Positions 1 to 10,575 of a stretch of 64,000 nt of DNA are shown piece after piece. Origin of the DNA: Callorhinchus milii (Eukaryota). Under the pieces are notes generated by a model. It saw only the letters and a list, made by a program, of their open reading frames with translations. It was not told the origin of the DNA and did no database searches. The position numbers were made by a program, and so were the translations under genes. Position 1 is the first letter of the stretch; each line of letters begins with the position of its first letter. The stretch lies in assembly GCF_018977255.1 (NCBI RefSeq), contig NW_024704743.1, positions 15,688,001 to 15,752,000 of the forward strand, given 5' to 3'.

Positions 1-1645
1 TGCCTCTCCTCTCTCACCACCACTAAAACCCATATGAAGCCCATCACCTGCTCCCTCAACCCCATCCCTACCCTTCTCCTTATGTCCTAGCTCCACCTCC
101 TCCCCTTTACTCTCAGACCTCATCAACCTCTCTCTGTCAACTGGCACCATTTCCACCCCCCTAAAAACAGCTGTCTTTACCCCTATCCTAAAAAAATCTT
201 CCCTGACCCCCATCCCTGCTCACTAACTACCATCCCATCTCCAACCTCCCTTTCCTTTCCAAAATCCTTGAAAGAGTTGTTGCTTCCCAACTTCACTCCT
301 TCCGCTCCTGCCATTCCCTTTACAAATCCCTCCAATCAGGTTTCTGTGCTCCCCACAGCACAGAAACAGCCCCGGTCAAGGTGGCAAATGACATTCTGTC
401 CCATCTGTGACCAGTGCTTCCTCTGTCTCCTCATCTTCCTTGACCTCTCTGCTGCCTTTGACACTGTACACCACTCTATCCTCCTCCATTGTCTCTCCTC
501 TCACTTTAACCTTCAAGGTTTTGTCTGTGAATGGTTCAGATTCTATCTCTCACACCAGCTCCACTTTGTATCCACAAATGCTTCTTCTCCAGCCCCCGCA
601 CCATCTCATATGGTTTTCCTCAGGGCTCAGTCCTCTTCAACTTGTACATGCTCCCTCTTGGTGATATCATTCGCAGAAATGGGTCAACTTCCACATGTAT
701 GCAGATGACACCCAACTCTATCTCTCTGCCTCCACCCAATACTACTGACAGACTGCCTGTCAGACATCAGTCCTGGATGAGAGCCAACTTTCTATAGTTG
801 AACGTCAGCAAGACCAAGGCTCTCCTGATTGGCTTGTACCAGCACCTCCACACCTCAGGCACTGGAAGCATCAACCTCCAAGGATGCACACCCCACCTCA
901 CCAAGCCAGTCAGGAACCTAGGAATCTTGTTCGACTCTCGACTGACCTTTCTCCTCCATATCGGGACCATGACCCACTCTGCCTTCCCCCATATTGCCTG
1001 ACTCCACCACCGTCTCACACCTCAGGCCACTGAAACCCTCATACGTGCCTTCATCACAACCAGACTCGACTATACCAATGCCCTGCTTGTTGGCCTTCCC
1101 AACTGTTCCCCACACAAGGTGCACATCATCCAGAACTCTGCTGGTTCATTTCCTCTGCCGCATCAGGCTCCATGACCCCATCACACCCACCATCGTCTGG
1201 CTCCACTGGTTCCCCATCCCTCAGAGGATCGAGTTCAAAATTCTCATCCTCGCCTTCAAGGCCCTCCATGGCCTTGCCTTCTCCTACCTCTCTGACCTGC
1301 TAACCCCTTATCTGTCCACCTGTCCACTCCCTCCACTCAGCTACGGCTTACTCCATGTCCCCCACCCAGCGCACCCCATCATTGGCGTCCAGACCTTCAG
1401 CCTCTCTGTCCCCACCCTCTGGAACTTCATCCCACATTCCCTCGCTCCCTCCCTTGCCTCCTTCAAGGCACGCCTCAAGACCCTCCTCTTCGACCGTGAC
1501 TTCGGCCACTCTCCTACCATCTCTGCCCTCCACCCTCCCTGATCCTCACCCCTTCCCCCTGCTCGGCTCCTAATCCCTGACTGTTCAGTGCCTTGGGATG
1601 TCCTCCCGACGTGAAAGACACTTTACAAGTGTAATTTTGTATTGT
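1..1645 (+). mobile_element. L2-clade LINE, ORF2 (RT) 3' portion and 3' tail; degraded and frameshifted; runs off the window edge
   Basis: Fragmented RT motifs (PISNLPFLSK, LDLSAAFDTV, GFPQGS, YADDTQL, NVSKTK, LHWFPIPQRIEFKIL); 3' stem-loop tail GTGCCTTGGGATGTCCTCCCGACGTGAAAGACAC followed by TACAAGTGTAATTTTG. Confidence 0.92.
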
Positions 1646-1879
1646 AAAGATCCATTATCTGTTTCAGTGAGAAGTCAGAACAGATCTCCACAGCACTTCC
1701 ACATATTCCAAATCTCGGGTCACAACCTTTGAAATCAGTTCTCTTGTGAAAACTGGTTTAACTCTAGCAATACTGCCAAGTATAAGAACCTGAACTCATT
1801 AGACCCTTATGCATATCCTTCAGTTCACAATCATAAATAATTCTGATACCAGTCAACTCCACAAACTGTCTATTGTTTG

Positions 1880-1980
1880 TGGCCAATTTTCTCCCATTCT
1901 CTGCTGAAGGTGCCTACTCTTTGCTGGGTTGTGGTTGCACCAGTAGTTAGGCATACTCAGTACTTTGCTCAGGTTGACCA
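1880..1980 (-). mobile_element. 3' fragment of an ancient SINE (AmnSINE2-like by recall)
   Basis: Reverse complement reads CCCAGCAAAGAGTAGGCACCTTCAGCAGAGAATGGGAGAAAATTGG, resembling the recalled 3' end of that family. Confidence 0.35.
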
Positions 1981-2280
1981 GGTTCTGGAAGGCATCTGGC
2001 AATAATTGACCAGATTGACTACTAGGCTGAAGAGGTTTAGCTATGGTGAGAGCTTTGGTAGACTTGGGCTACATTCCTTGGAAGTCAGGAGATTAATGGC
2101 AGAGTATCTTGAACCTGGGAGAAATAAGAGAGGAAAATTCAGCAGAGCAATTAGCCTAGTAGTATTGATAAAGTAGAAAAAGAATAGTCGTTTCAATCAT
2201 TACAAAAAAAATTACAAAATTATTCTCAATGTATCACATGATAGATTCATGTGATAGATAGATTCAGTCAATCATTGACA

Positions 2281-2659
2281 TAATAATGATAATAATAATC
2301 TTTGCATTTGATACAGTGCCTTATCACATCTTTGAGACATCTCAAAGCATTTCACAGAATATACTGTAAAGTGAATTGCCTGTATATTTTGTTCGCGAAA
2401 CACAGCTGCCAATTGGGCATGGCAGTAACCCACAAACAATTGTGGATTGATTGACCAATTATTATTATTTATTGGAAGGGCTTATTGCCCTCAGATAAAC
2501 GATCTGCCAATCAACTAACAACCAGGTTCCTACTTAATGCCAGGTGGAAAGAGGCATGTGGAGTAAGGAAACTTGCTCAGTATTTCATCCTGCCAGGAAT
2601 CAAACTCAGGTCCTCTTGCTTGCAAGGTGAGTGCTCTAATCATTAAGCTACAGGACTGC
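2281..2659 (-). mobile_element. tRNA-derived SINE family A (CmiSINE-like), near full length
   Basis: tRNA-like head with A and B boxes at ~2595-2659, CORE-like middle, Deu-like 3' part, L2-type tail ending in (ATT)n; alignable by eye to copies at 4315, 9586 and 50135. Confidence 0.88.
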
Positions 2660-4314
2660 ATTAATTATTAACATTACTTATGTTAATGTTGTCCTATTTA
2701 TTCTCCACAAGGTGCTGATTGCTTGGTGTATCCACATAAGATACATATTAAAAGCTAGAAGCAGGTCAATATCAAAGGCAAGAATTATTGTTGTTATTGT
2801 GCGACTTCAATAACCTAGCAGCTATTCAAGTTGAACTGTGAGAGAAGCCCACTGAAACAAGCTTGATGATGTTCCTTGCCAGCATTGCTTTGACATGATG
2901 CACCATGCTGCCGTCTAGCATTTTACGCATTCTGTGTGTTCTGAGAAAAAGAGTGTGTGTCTCGATAAGCTGCTCCTGTCTTGCATAACTGTGTCCAGTA
3001 TTCCCTTCCAACACAGTAATGAAAACAGGCACACAATTTCCTCTGGATAGAGTCAGCCCTGAGCAAACTCGGATCCCCATCACCAGGACCTAAATTAGTT
3101 CAGATCTAAGTCTCTGAAGGGCTTGAATCTTGTCAGTTTACCAGCAACACATTACCCCATGAGAAACTTCAACCATTTCTTCCGCTCTGTCACTTTTAAT
3201 CAAATTGTGTCCTTGAAATTCAGAAGGATTGGAGTTTGTGTACCATACTTATTTTGTGCAAATAAGATGATTCTGCTTTTTTATGTTTGGATAGACATCA
3301 AGTTCTGGAGAAACTTCTACCCAAGGAATTACTGTTTTTTTTTTAAAAATGTGTTGAAGTGAAAATAAGTATATGTGAAGTGACACAAATGAGTTGAGAT
3401 CCTAGTAGGCTGATTTATTCATTTACAGGGCAAATAAAAGAGGAAAAAAACTTCCCAATGTTGGGAGGTCCACGTATGCAATTCATGAATGTGATAATGT
3501 GTAAACGTCATGATGGAAGGGTTGTTTTGCGTTTCTTTTAGGTTTTTTGAGTTTCTTAGTCAGCTAAGCTGCTTGTGTGATGTAATGAGAAAAGCTGAGG
3601 CACAGGAAGTGAGAGGAATTCCTGAGTGCAGTTGCTTAGACTGCTCTTGTGTATCTCCAACTAGAATTACCTGAGCTCTGGGAGCACTTTCTCACCAATC
3701 ATGAAGAGAACAAACGTGCCTGGAACCCTTTGTACTGCTAATATTTATTCATTAGATATTATATGCAATGTCAACTGATACATCAAATGAACAATCTTCC
3801 ACTAATACATAAATCTCAAGAACTTGCATTTATTTAGCACCCCTCATGTAGGGTAGCATCCCAGAGCGCTCACTCACACCATAAATTATGATCAGTGAAA
3901 AAAAGACAGTCATGCTTACCTATCTAAGACCCAAAGTTACCTTCACAAAAGATAAACTTTTCTAAAGACGCACGATGTTCGCATAGATGTATTCAGAAAA
4001 CCTTCGTTGTTTACGAATTGCTCGTATATGATAATGTACTACTGTAAATAACATTGATCACATGTGATGAAAATATGCCCAGATATCCTCTTTCCCTCTT
4101 TGTACATAAAGATTGTTCCTCATCAACTAACAGCATGTTTCTACTAATGTACTGTAAAGCTCTCCAATATATTACTCAACATGAACTGTTTCCCACAAAA
4201 TATACAGTCAATTCCCTTTACAATATATTCTGTGAAACACTGAGAAGTTTTGGCTCACAGGATTAAGGATATACCTCCACTTTCAAATCTCATGGATAAA
4301 CCCTTGTTATAGTG

Positions 4315-4668
4315 GAATCCTGTTGCCTATTGGTTAGAGCACTGATCTCACAATCAAAAGGACCCGGGTTCAATTCCCAGACAGGGCGAAACCTTAGGCA
4401 CGTTTCCTTACTGTACATGTCTCTGTTTACCTAGCAGAAAGTAGGAACCCAGTTGTTAGTCGATTGACGGATCGCTTTTCTGGGGGTAATAATAATAATT
4501 TGGTCACTCAATCCACCCCCGTTTGTGGGACACTGCTGTGCTTAATTGGCTGCCACCTTTTGCCCACAAAATATGCAGTCAATTCACTTTACAGTATATT
4601 CTGTGAAGCGCTGAGAGACATCTCGACGACCTGATAAGGTGCTGTATCATATGCAAGGATTATTATTA
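4315..4668 (+). mobile_element. tRNA-derived SINE family A, full length
   Basis: A box TTGCCTATTGGTTAGAGC, B box GGGTTCAATTCCC, CCTTAGGCACGTTTCCTTACT middle, tail ...ATGCAAGGATTATTATT. Confidence 0.9.
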
Positions 4669-4859
4669 TGACTTGAACAGTAAAAATATTAAAGGATCTG
4701 GGAAATAAACTTGAAGGTGGGATTAATAAAAATAAGGAAGTGAATTTGGAAAAAATATGGAAGTGGCACAGACATGATGGGCTGAACGATCTTCTTCAAT
4801 GCTGAAAATGTTTTGGATAAACCAAGCAGTGTAATCAATCAACATCAACAATGCATAGA

Positions 4860-5035
4860 GTACTTTGCCAGTTATGTCTCCTCTGAGCCACTTCAACTCC
4901 ACTTAGCTCTCCTGCATGGAGGATATTTGTGAGACATGGTACTCATTGAAGGGAGAAGGGCAGAGTGAACCCACTGTGATTTGAACCTAAAACCTTCCTG
5001 TCCTACGTCTGGTACTAAACCAACTGAGCTACCAG
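4860..5035 (-). mobile_element. Degenerate tRNA-headed SINE fragment (unclassified)
   Basis: Reverse complement has GGTAGCTCAGTTGGTTTAG (A box) and GGTTCAAATC (B box). Confidence 0.45.
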
Positions 5036-5157
5036 ATGTTAAATACAAATCTCAGTGACTGCCTCTTCACACATCATGTGCAACAAAACACCAAAGCAGA
5101 TTTAGTGTTTAGCATTCCACTAGAACTGATCAGTAGCTTTGAAGTGGATGAACACAA

Positions 5158-5360
5158 GGTTGTGAAGGTGTGGAATGTTATTACCCAGAAAGCTGTGGAG
5201 ACATTTAAAAGAGAGATAGACAGACACTTGGGTAGTAGAGGTATTAAGGGATATAGTGAGAAGGCAAGGCACTGGCATTAAAAGATCTGCCAGGATCTAA
5301 TAAACTGGTGGAACAGGCTCGATGAGCTGAATTGCCTCCTCCTGTTCTGGTTTCCCATGT
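5158..5360 (+). mobile_element. CR1 LINE 3' fragment
   Basis: Translates to VVKVWN...FKREIDRHL (CR1 ORF2 C-terminus); 3' UTR motif GATGAGCTGAATTGCCTCCTCCTGTTC. Confidence 0.8.
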
Positions 5361-5724
5361 AACTATCAATGATTGGACTCCGGGGATCATTGTATGATTC
5401 GTTTTGATGCTGTGCTGTGCTGAAGGCTAAGATTTAAAACTAATGAAACCGAGCTGCATGATTTGGGGAATTCAACGATGGAGCTGCGATAAGTGCTCTA
5501 GGGCGGGTCAAGTAGAAAGAAATAGAAAATAAAAGATGATAAAGGAAAAATGCGCGATGACTGAGTAAAACTGCCGTTATATATTGCAGTTAACCTCATA
5601 TAGATATCAGAGAAAAGACAGGGAAGTAGCATTTAAAGAATTGCCATGGACTAGTAAACTGGTAGAATAGCCTTCTGGTGTTCTTGCCTTCCTACGTTCT
5701 ATAAATACACATACAAATACACCT

Positions 5725-5990
5725 ACCTGTCCTTCAGATGAGAAGTTAAACAAAGTATCTGCCTGTTTCGGTGGACATCAAAGATCCCAGGGTACTGTTC
5801 AAAAAAAGTAGTTTCTCCCAGTGTCCTGGTTAACAGTCCCGTAAATAAAATTAGTCACTCGCTTCATGACTGTTTGTGGGACATTTCAATGCACAAATTG
5901 GCTGCAGCTTTAGCCCACAAAGCACATAGTCTCTTTACAGTCTATCCTGTCGCACTCTTTGGGATGTGCTAATGATGTAAAAAATACTAT
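5725..5990 (+). mobile_element. Deu-domain SINE family B (SacSINE1-like), 5'-truncated
   Basis: Deu motifs GATGAGAAGTTAAAC, GGTGGACATCAAAGATCCCA and TGTTTGTGGGACA...AAATTGGCTGC, plus tail. Confidence 0.8.
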
Positions 5991-5995
5991 AACAA

Positions 5996-6117
5996 CAGTA
6001 ATAATCCTTGCATTTGATATAGCGCTTTTCACGTCTTCTAGACGTCTCAAAGCACTTCACAGAATATGATGTAAAGTATATTTGTGGGCAAAATGTGGCA
6101 GCCAATTGCGCACAGCT
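5996..6117 (-). mobile_element. SINE 3' fragment, tail-to-tail with the preceding SINE
   Basis: ATAATCCTTGCATTTGATATAGCGC...AAGCACTTCACAG is the reverse-complemented shared tail. Confidence 0.85.
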
Positions 6118-6266
6118 ATATATATTATATATAAACTATAACAGATGTAAGGTTTTTTTTGTGTTGTTATTAAAATACAGTTAACCAGCCACTACACATT
6201 ACTGTAAATCACGTGAAGCACTGTGAGCTATTTTGATGACCCTATATCAAATACAAGGATTATTTT

Positions 6267-6562
6267 ATAATAATCCATGCATTTGATGTAATGCCTTATC
6301 ACCTGTTTGAGACATCTCAAAGCGCTTCACAGAATAAACTGTAAAGTGAATTGATTGTATATTTTGTGGCCATAACGTGGCAGACAATTACTCACAGCAG
6401 TGTCCCACGACGGTCATGAATTAGTGTCCAAATTATTATTATTTTTTGAAGGGGTTATTATCCCCGGAAAAGTGATCCGCCAATCGACTAACAACCGGGT
6501 ACCTACTTACTGCTAGGTAAACAAAAGCGTGTGGTGTAAGGAAACTTGCCTAAGGTTTCGCC
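6267..6562 (-). mobile_element. SINE family A lacking the tRNA head
   Basis: Tail, Deu-like and CORE-like segments match the 2281 and 9586 copies. Confidence 0.85.
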
Positions 6563-6567
6563 TTTTT

Positions 6568-6697
6568 TCATGTCATCTGCGAACTTAGAAATTGTGCAAA
6601 TTTATACCAGAATCCAGATTCTTTATATAAGTGGAGAAAAGCAGTGGTCCTAACACTTGACCCTTGGGGGACACTACTATTCACATCTCTCCATTGC
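6568..6697 (-). mobile_element. CR1 LINE RT core fragment
   Basis: Minus strand encodes WRDVNSSVPQGS, then (frameshifted) VLGPLLF and SKFADD. Confidence 0.8.
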
Positions 6698-7079
6698 AAA
6701 TAACTACCCTGTATAAAGCGCCTTTCACATCGGGAGGACATCTCAAAGTGCTTTAATGGAGCAGAAACAGCAATACTGTATAACAAAGAGTGTCTGATTT
6801 ACCAACTCAGGTGCATGTCTCATTTGTAGAGACATAAGGTATTCCATGTGGCGCAGGTTTTTGGCAGTGTTGCTGACTGGGTGTGATAGGAGCTCCCCCT
6901 CCTGGCTGTACTGTTTGCTGCATCCTTTTTTGATACACTACAATACAGTTTTCATTTATATAGATAGAGCCTTTCAAGTCAGGAGCATCCACTTGGTTAT
7001 TGTTCTCAATGTATCTTAACTGTAATTCTTTCAATAGCTTCTCAACCTGTCCCCCATCCTGATATGCACCTTGTCCTTC

Positions 7080-7290
7080 GTACCCTCCTATTATCTATTT
7101 GCTTCTCCTTGGAGACATCATCCAGAGGCATGAGGTCAGTTACCATTTGTATGTGAATGACACCCAGCTTTACCACTCCATTTCTATATCAATTGCAAGG
7201 CTCTTGCTGTCCTGATCAACAGACATAGTTTCCTAGCTGAGCCTTAAATTCCTTGAACTGAATGCCAACAAACTGAAGTTATCTTGTTTG
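7080..7290 (+). mobile_element. Old L2 RT fragment
   Basis: Degenerate LGDIIQRH..YH.YV.DTQLY and LNFLELN.NK-type motifs matching the other L2 copies. Confidence 0.65.
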
Positions 7291-7642
7291 GCTTTTGCCA
7301 GTCTCTTCGTCATCCATCTCCAGCATATTGCAGCTGGTGCTAGGTAAGACTGATACGCGGCACTGGACTTGGACCTCGAGAACATCAAGGTGGCTAGCAA
7401 GTCACAAGCTGTCCTGCGAAGGTCCTCCAGCCACATTGAAGGTAGATGTCCCCCAGATAGCTGATGAGGAAACTCTGAGGTTTGGAGCGACAGCTGCTGG
7501 AAGGCATCATCTTGAGTTCATGAACATACGTTCGTAGATTCAGCGCCTGGAATCCACCTTGATTGGCTTGTTTTGGTTTGGATACTCTTAAGCATGTTAA
7601 TGAGTTTCTGCATGTGTCACATACCTGGCTGACCAAAAAAAA
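7290..7642 (+). repeat. Unclassified interspersed repeat sharing its 3' end with family X
   Basis: Ends in TTGGATACTCTTAAGCATG...CATGTGTCACATACCTGGCTGACC(A)n; the upstream body does not align to the other X copies by eye. Confidence 0.55.
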
Positions 7643-7675
7643 TCTTGTCAGAGGCACTATTCTATTACATTCTGG

Positions 7676-8700
7676 TATAATTCCATTTTGTATAGAGCCT
7701 TTCACATCAGGATGACATCCCAAGGCGCTGGACAGTCAGGGATCCACACCTGAGCTGGTGGTTGGGATCAGGAGGGGCGGAGGGCAGGGAGGGTAGGAGT
7801 AGGAGGGTGACCGAAAGCATGGTTGAAGAGGAGGGTCTTGAGACGGCTCTTGAAGGAGGCAAAGGAGGGGCGAGGCAGAGGGACTGTGCGATAGAATTCC
7901 AGAGAGGCTGAAGGCCTGCCTGCCAATGGTGGGTCGGACAAGCTGGGGGACGTGAAGCAGGCCGGAGCCCGCTAGGCGGTCAAGTGATAGGGGGTTAGGA
8001 GGTCACAGAGATAGGGAGGAGCAAGGCCGTTGAGGGCTTTGAAGGTGAGCACCACAACAACAAGATTGCATTTATAGAGTGCCTTTCACGTCTGGAGGAT
8101 GTCCCAAGGCACTGGACAGTTGGGTCGGGACCCGAGCAGGGGACAAATGGTCAGGGTGAGGGGAGGGAAGGGAGGGAGCAAGGAGAGTGTAGAGAGTCGA
8201 GAGGGGAGGTGAAGGCACGGTTGAAGAGCAAGGTCTTGAGACCGGCCTTGAAGGAGGAAAGGGAGGAAGCAAGGTGAAGGTACTGAGGGATGGAGTTCGA
8301 GAGCCTAGGGGCTGAGAGGCTGAAAGCCCGGCCACCAATGGTAGGGCGGTTAGGGTGGGGGGTGTGGAGCAGACCAGAGCCAGAGGAACGGAGGGTGCGT
8401 GCAGATAAGTAGGGGGATAGTAGGTCGGAGAGGTAGGAGGGAGCAAGGCCGTGCATGGCCTTGTAGGTGTGGATGACACCCTGAAGCACCAGGATCTTGA
8501 ACTGTGTCCTCACAGCCAGTGGAGCCAGGCGAGGATGGGGGTGTTAGGTTCGCGGAGCCTGGTGTGGGAGAGGACACGGGCTGCAGAGTTCTGGATGATC
8601 CGCAGCCTATGGAGGGAGGAGTTGGGGATGCCAACAAGCAGGGAGTTTGCACGTTGGTGGCCTGTCGTGAGAGCCTGGCAATGTTGCGGAGGTGGGGAAA
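7676..8700 (-). mobile_element. L2 3' portion (host) interrupted by a second L2 at 8055-8484
   Basis: Two L2 tails (7676 and 8055); 7-bp duplication AGCACCA at 8048-8054 and 8485-8491; the host reads continuously when the insert is removed. Confidence 0.88.
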
Positions 8701-8883
8701 GGTCCTGGGCCTTTACCATGCTAAAGGCCTGAAAGATTAATATAATATGTCAAAAAAGAGTCTATTCCTGTGTATCTAAATGTACTTTTCAGGTCAGGGC
8801 TTGAAATTCCTGCAAAGAGACACTAAGTTTCACTGATATTCATATTACAGCCTTGGGTCATGTGATACTGAGATATGAAAAGT

Positions 8884-9172
8884 ATAATAATCCCTGATAT
8901 AGCGCTTTATCGTGTCATCGCAATGCCTCAAAATTCTTCACAGCCTTTTTACTGTGAAGTGTAGTGACTGTGTATTTGTAGGTGAATGCAGCAGCTAATT
9001 TGTGTGCAACAGTAACCCACAAACGGCCATGAAGTGAGTGACCAACTTTATTGGGGGATTGTTTTCCAGGTCTCCAGGGAAACTCCCTTCTCTTTTGAAT
9101 AGTGCCCCAGACTCTTTAGCAAACACCTAAACAGGAAGGTAGGTCCTCAGTTTGACATTGCATCCGAAGGAT
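8884..9172 (-). mobile_element. Deu-domain SINE family B
   Basis: Reverse-complemented tail plus Deu motifs (GAATAGTGCCCCAGACTCTTTA, GTCCTCAGTTTGACATTGCATCCGAAG). Confidence 0.8.
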
Positions 9173-9585
9173 TATTAGAAAAGTAGAACAAGGGGTAGAC
9201 TTTATAATGAAAGGAATCTTGTTAACCGTATGCTAGATTTTTACTTTAAATTGCTGTAGTTAACCACAGGCCAAATTCTCCGCTAAAGTGTTTGAACGAG
9301 TTACTGACATCTTCCAGGAAAAGCAGCTTTTAACACTTCATCTATTAGCCAGCAGGGGGTGGCATTTCTTCCCTTTCATCCAGTGTGTTCTGGGAAGAAC
9401 CGTCTGCATTCTGTTTTCCAGTCGCTGTTTTCCAAAACTCTGATAAACCGATATTGGACTGTTTTTCACATCAACAACAACAACAACAAGATTCCATTTA
9501 TAAAGCGCCTTTCACGTCAGGAGGACGTCCCAAGGCGCCTAAGTACTCTTGAATACAGTACACTATAACTATGGATTATATAATA

Positions 9586-9930
9586 ATATAATAATCCTTG
9601 CATTTCATATAGGTCTTTATCACGTCTTCGAGATGTCTCAAAGCGCTTCACAGAGTATACTGTGAAGTGATTTGACTGTATATTTTGTGGGTGAAACGTG
9701 GCAGCTAATTACGCACAGCAGCGTCTCACAAACAATATTTTTGTTTTGAAAGGATTATTACCCCCGGAAAAGCAATCCGCCAGTCGACTAACAACTAAGT
9801 TCCCACTTACTACTAGGTAAACCGAGGCATGTGGAGTAAGGAAACTTGTCCCAACACTTTCGCCCCACCTGGGAATAGAATCCAGGTCCTCTCGCTTGCG
9901 AGGCGAATGCTGTAACCAGTAAGTTACAGA
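9586..9930 (-). mobile_element. SINE family A, near full length
   Basis: Head (GGGAATAGAATCCAGG...TAACCAGTAAG), CORE-like middle and tail are all present. Confidence 0.9.
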
Positions 9931-10304
9931 GAACAGACTATAATTTCCAGTGGCGGTCACTGTGTTTCCTTGTGATAAACTATAACTCAACTTCTGTTCA
10001 TTTCAGTTGCTTTGTAATCTATATCAATCTCTTTCCTCAAAGAGATCTTGCCGTTCCAATGGTTTGACCTTGGAATTGCTGCAGCTACACAGAGCACAGT
10101 CTGCCCACAATGACAGCATCCGTTCAGGATGGGATACTTGAAAGAGGATCAATGGTTTACAGCTGGTGGTGAAATTCCATTATGTTGTAACCTGGATCTG
10201 TCCAGGAAACAGAAGCACATCATCGAGAGTGAGTGGTGGAAATTTGTTGTTTGTGAGTATTTTTTTCTAAGATGTCGAGTAAAAAAATTAAGTTAGAGAA
10301 TTAA

Positions 10305-10575
10305 TACAATAATCAATATAGTGTCTATAATGTTGAAATGTCTCGAAGTGTTTCTTGGGATATTGCTGTTAAGTGTAGTGACTATCCACAAACCGTAGCA
10401 GCCAATTTGTGAAAAACAATGGCTCACCAAAAAGCCATGAAGCGAATAGACAATTTATCTGGACAATCTGATCTGGGTCAGGACACCATGAAAAACTCAC
10501 AGATATTTTAGTGCCATGGGATCTTTAACATCCACCTGAGCAGGTCGTAAGATTGGTTTAACTTTTCTTCCAAAG
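10305..10575 (-). mobile_element. Old Deu-domain SINE family B
   Basis: Deu core TAGTGCCATGGGATCTTTAACATCCACCTGA and a degenerate tail. Confidence 0.7.

Noticed and set aside
4315..4390. tRNA gene (also ~9865-9930, 50400-50470, 51724-51815, 57668-57740)
   Set aside because: These are SINE heads: they continue into the SINE body and lack a clean cloverleaf and terminator.
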